Translations under genes and position numbers: made by a program
The notes under the pieces: generated by a model
The model's input: the letters and a program-made list of their open reading frames with translations, nothing else
Database searches by the model: none
What the model was told of the DNA's origin: nothing
DNA from: Octopus vulgaris
Taxonomy: Eukaryota
Length of the DNA stretch: 64,000 nucleotides
Assembly: GCA_951406725.2 (NCBI GenBank)
Contig: CATOCA020000001.1
Location: 7,874,001 to 7,938,000, forward strand
Direction: 5' to 3'
Shown: one piece after another, positions 61,401 through 64,000 of the stretch
How positions within the stretch are numbered: position 1 is the first letter of the stretch
Layout: the number at the start of each line of letters is the position of its first letter

Positions 61401-64000
61401 TTTCTTTTCTCACTCTCTCACTTTTTCTCCTCCCTTCTCCCTCTCGTTTACTTTTTATCTTTCTTCCTCTCTCTCACTCTTTCATTTCTCTTTCTTCCTC
61501 GCGTTTCTTTCTCTCTTTCTTTCTTTTCTCGCTCTTTCACTTTTTTCTCCTTCCTTCTCCCTCTCTTTTTCTTTTTATCCTTGTTCCTCTCTCTCACTCT
61601 TCCATTTCTTTCTTTCTTCCTCTCGTTTCTTTTTCTCTCTCTTTCCTTTCTCGCTCTCTCACTTTTCTCCTCCCTTCTCCCTCTCGTTTTCTTTTTATCT
61701 TTCTTCCTCTCTCTCACTCTTTCATTTCTCTTTCTTCCTCTCGGTTCTTCCTCTCTTTCTTTCTTTTCTCGCTCTTTCACTTTTTTCTCCTTCCTTCTCC
61801 CTCTCTTTTTCTTTTTATCCTTGTTACTCTCTCTCACTCTTTCATTTCTCTCTTTCTTCCTCTCGTTTCTTTTTCTCTCTCTTTCCTTTCTCGCTCTCTC
61901 ACATTTTTCTCCTTCCTTCTCCCTCTCGTTTTCTTTTTATCTTTCTTCCTCTCTCTCACTCTTTCATTTCTCTCTCTTCCTCTCTTTCTTTCTTTTCTCG
62001 CTCTTTCCCATTTTTACCCTTCTTTCTCCCTCTCGTTTTCTTTTTATCTTTCTTCCTCTTTCTCACTCTTTCATTTCTCTTTCTTCCTCTCTTTCTTTCT
62101 TTTCTCGCTCTTTCACTTTTTTCTCCTTCCTTCTCCCTCTCTTTTTCTTTTTATCCTTGTTCCTCTCTCCCACTCTTTCATTTCTCTCTTTCTTCCCCTC
62201 GTCTCTTTTTCTCTCTCTTTCCTTCCTCGCTCTCTCACTTTTTCTCCTCCCTTCTCCCTCTCGTTTTCTTCTTATCTTTCTTCCTCTTTCTCACTCTTTC
62301 ATTTCTCTTTCTTCCTCTCGTTTCTTCCTCTCTTTCTTTCTTTTCTCGCTCTTTCACTTTTTTCTCCTTCTTTCTCCCTCTCGTTTTCTTTTTATCCTTG
62401 TTCCTCTCTCCCACTCTTTCATTTCTCTCTTTCTTCCTCTCGTTTCTTTTTCTCTCTTTCTTTCCTTCCTCGATCTCTCACTTTTTTCTCCTCCCTTCTC
62501 CCTCTCGTTTTCTTCTTATCTTTCTTTCTTCCTTTCTTTCTTCCTCTCTTTCTTTCCTTTCTCGCTCTTTCACTTTTTTCTCCTTCTTTCTCCCTCTCGT
62601 TTTCTTTTTATGCTTCTTCCTCTCTCCCACTCTTTCATCTCTCTCTTTCTTCCTCTCGTTTCTTTTTCTCTCTCTCTTTCTTTTCTCACTCTCTCACTTT
62701 TTCTCCTCCCTTCTCCCTCTCGTTTACTTTTTATCTTTCTTCCTCTCTCTCACTCTTTCATTTCTCTTTCTTCCTCGCGTTTCTTTCTCTCTTTCTTTCT
62801 TTTCTCGCTCTTTCATTTTTTTCTCCTTCCTTCTCCCTCTCTTTTTCTTTTTATCCTTGTTCCTCTCTCTCACTCTTCCATTTCTTTCTTTCTTCCTCTC
62901 GTTTCTTTTTCTCTCTCTTTCCTTTCTCGCTCTCTCACTTTTCTCCTCCCTTCTCCCTCTCGTTTTCTTTTTATCTTTCTTCCTCTCTCTCACTCTTTCA
63001 TTTCTCTTTCTTCCTCTCGGTTCTTCCTCTCTTTCTTTCTTTTCTCGCTCTTTCACTTTTTTCTCCTTCCTTCTCCCTCTCTTTTTCTTTTTATCCTTTT
63101 TACTCTCTCTCACTCTTTCATTTCTCTCTTTCTTCCTCTCGTTTCTTTTTCTCTCTCTTTCCTTTCTCGCTCTCTCACTTTTTTCTCCTTCCTTCTCCCT
63201 CTCGTTTTCTTTTTATCTTTCTTCCTCTCTCTCACTCTTTCATTTCTCTCTCTTCCTCTCTTTCTTTCTTTTCTCGCTCTTTCACTTTTTACTCCTTCCT
63301 TCTCCCTCTCGTTTTCTTTTTATCTTTCTTCCTCTCTCTCACTCTTTCATTTCTCTTTCTCTCCTCTCTTTCTTTCTTTTCTCGCTCTTTCACTTTTTTC
63401 TCCTTCTTTCTCCCTCTCGTTTTCTTTTTATCCTTGTTCCTCTCTCTCACTCTTTCATTTCTCTCTTTCTTCCCTCGTTTCTTTTTCTCTCTCTTTCCTT
63501 CCTCGCTCTCTCACTTTTTTCTCCTCCCTTCTCCCTCTCGTTTTCTTCTTATCTTTCTTCCTCTTTCTCACTCTTTCATTTCTCTTTCTTCCTCTCGTTT
63601 CTTCCTCTCTTTCTTTCTTTTCTCGCTCTTTCACTTTTTTCTCCTTCCTTTCTCTCTCGTTTTCTTTTTATTCTTGTTCCTCTCTCTCACTCTTTCATTT
63701 CTCTCTTTCTTCCTCTCGTTTCTTTTTCTCTCTTTCTTTCCTTTCTCGCTCTCTCACTTTTTTCTCCTCCCTTCTCCCTCTCGTTTTCTTTTTATCTTTC
63801 TTCCTCTCTCTCACTCTTTCATTTCTCTTTCTTCCTCTCTCTCTTTCTCTCTTTCTTTCTTTCTCGCTCTTTCACTTTTTTCTCCTTCTTTCTCCCTCTC
63901 GTTTTCTTTTTATCCTTCTTTCTCTCTCACTCTTTCATTTCTCTCTTTCTTCCTCTCTCTCTCTCTTTCCTTTCTCGCTCTCTCACTTTTTCTCCTCCCT
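58410..64000. repeat. CT-rich low-complexity array upstream of exon A
   Basis: Polypyrimidine with sub-repeats of about 120 bp and higher-order duplication (61448-61837 vs 62724-63113). Confidence 0.95.

Overview
Eukaryotic, AT-rich, repeat-dense DNA, most likely octopus (inferred from the SINE/RTE families and microsatellite load). Almost all long ORFs in the supplied track are microsatellite artefacts. The main content is one split gene on the minus strand (recognisable exons from 58365 down to the stop at 8480; 5' end not found in the window). Spliced by hand it encodes Mind-bomb (MIB1/2)-derived ankyrin repeats, one MIB-type C3HC4 RING finger, seven tandemly duplicated phase-1 microexons each carrying one dynein-light-chain LC8-type motif (KGVQT, RCVQT x4, KETQT, KASQT), and a C-terminal death domain. 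The most upstream ankyrin exon occurs twice (58205-58365 and 48182-48339). The copies have near-identical introns but differ by 16 substitutions plus a codon indel, many at ankyrin binding-surface positions. Together this suggests a diversifying sensor-E3-oligomeriser-death-domain receptor (inference). Six exons carry small indels or phase defects, mostly in homopolymer runs, so sequencing error versus pseudogenisation is unresolved. A 100-N gap lies between the two duplicated exons. The rest is transposon debris (Helitron helicase, CR1-like, RTE and other LINEs, a deleted Tc1, a Sola-like transposase, MITEs, SINEs) and long (CAT)n and CT/GA-rich arrays.
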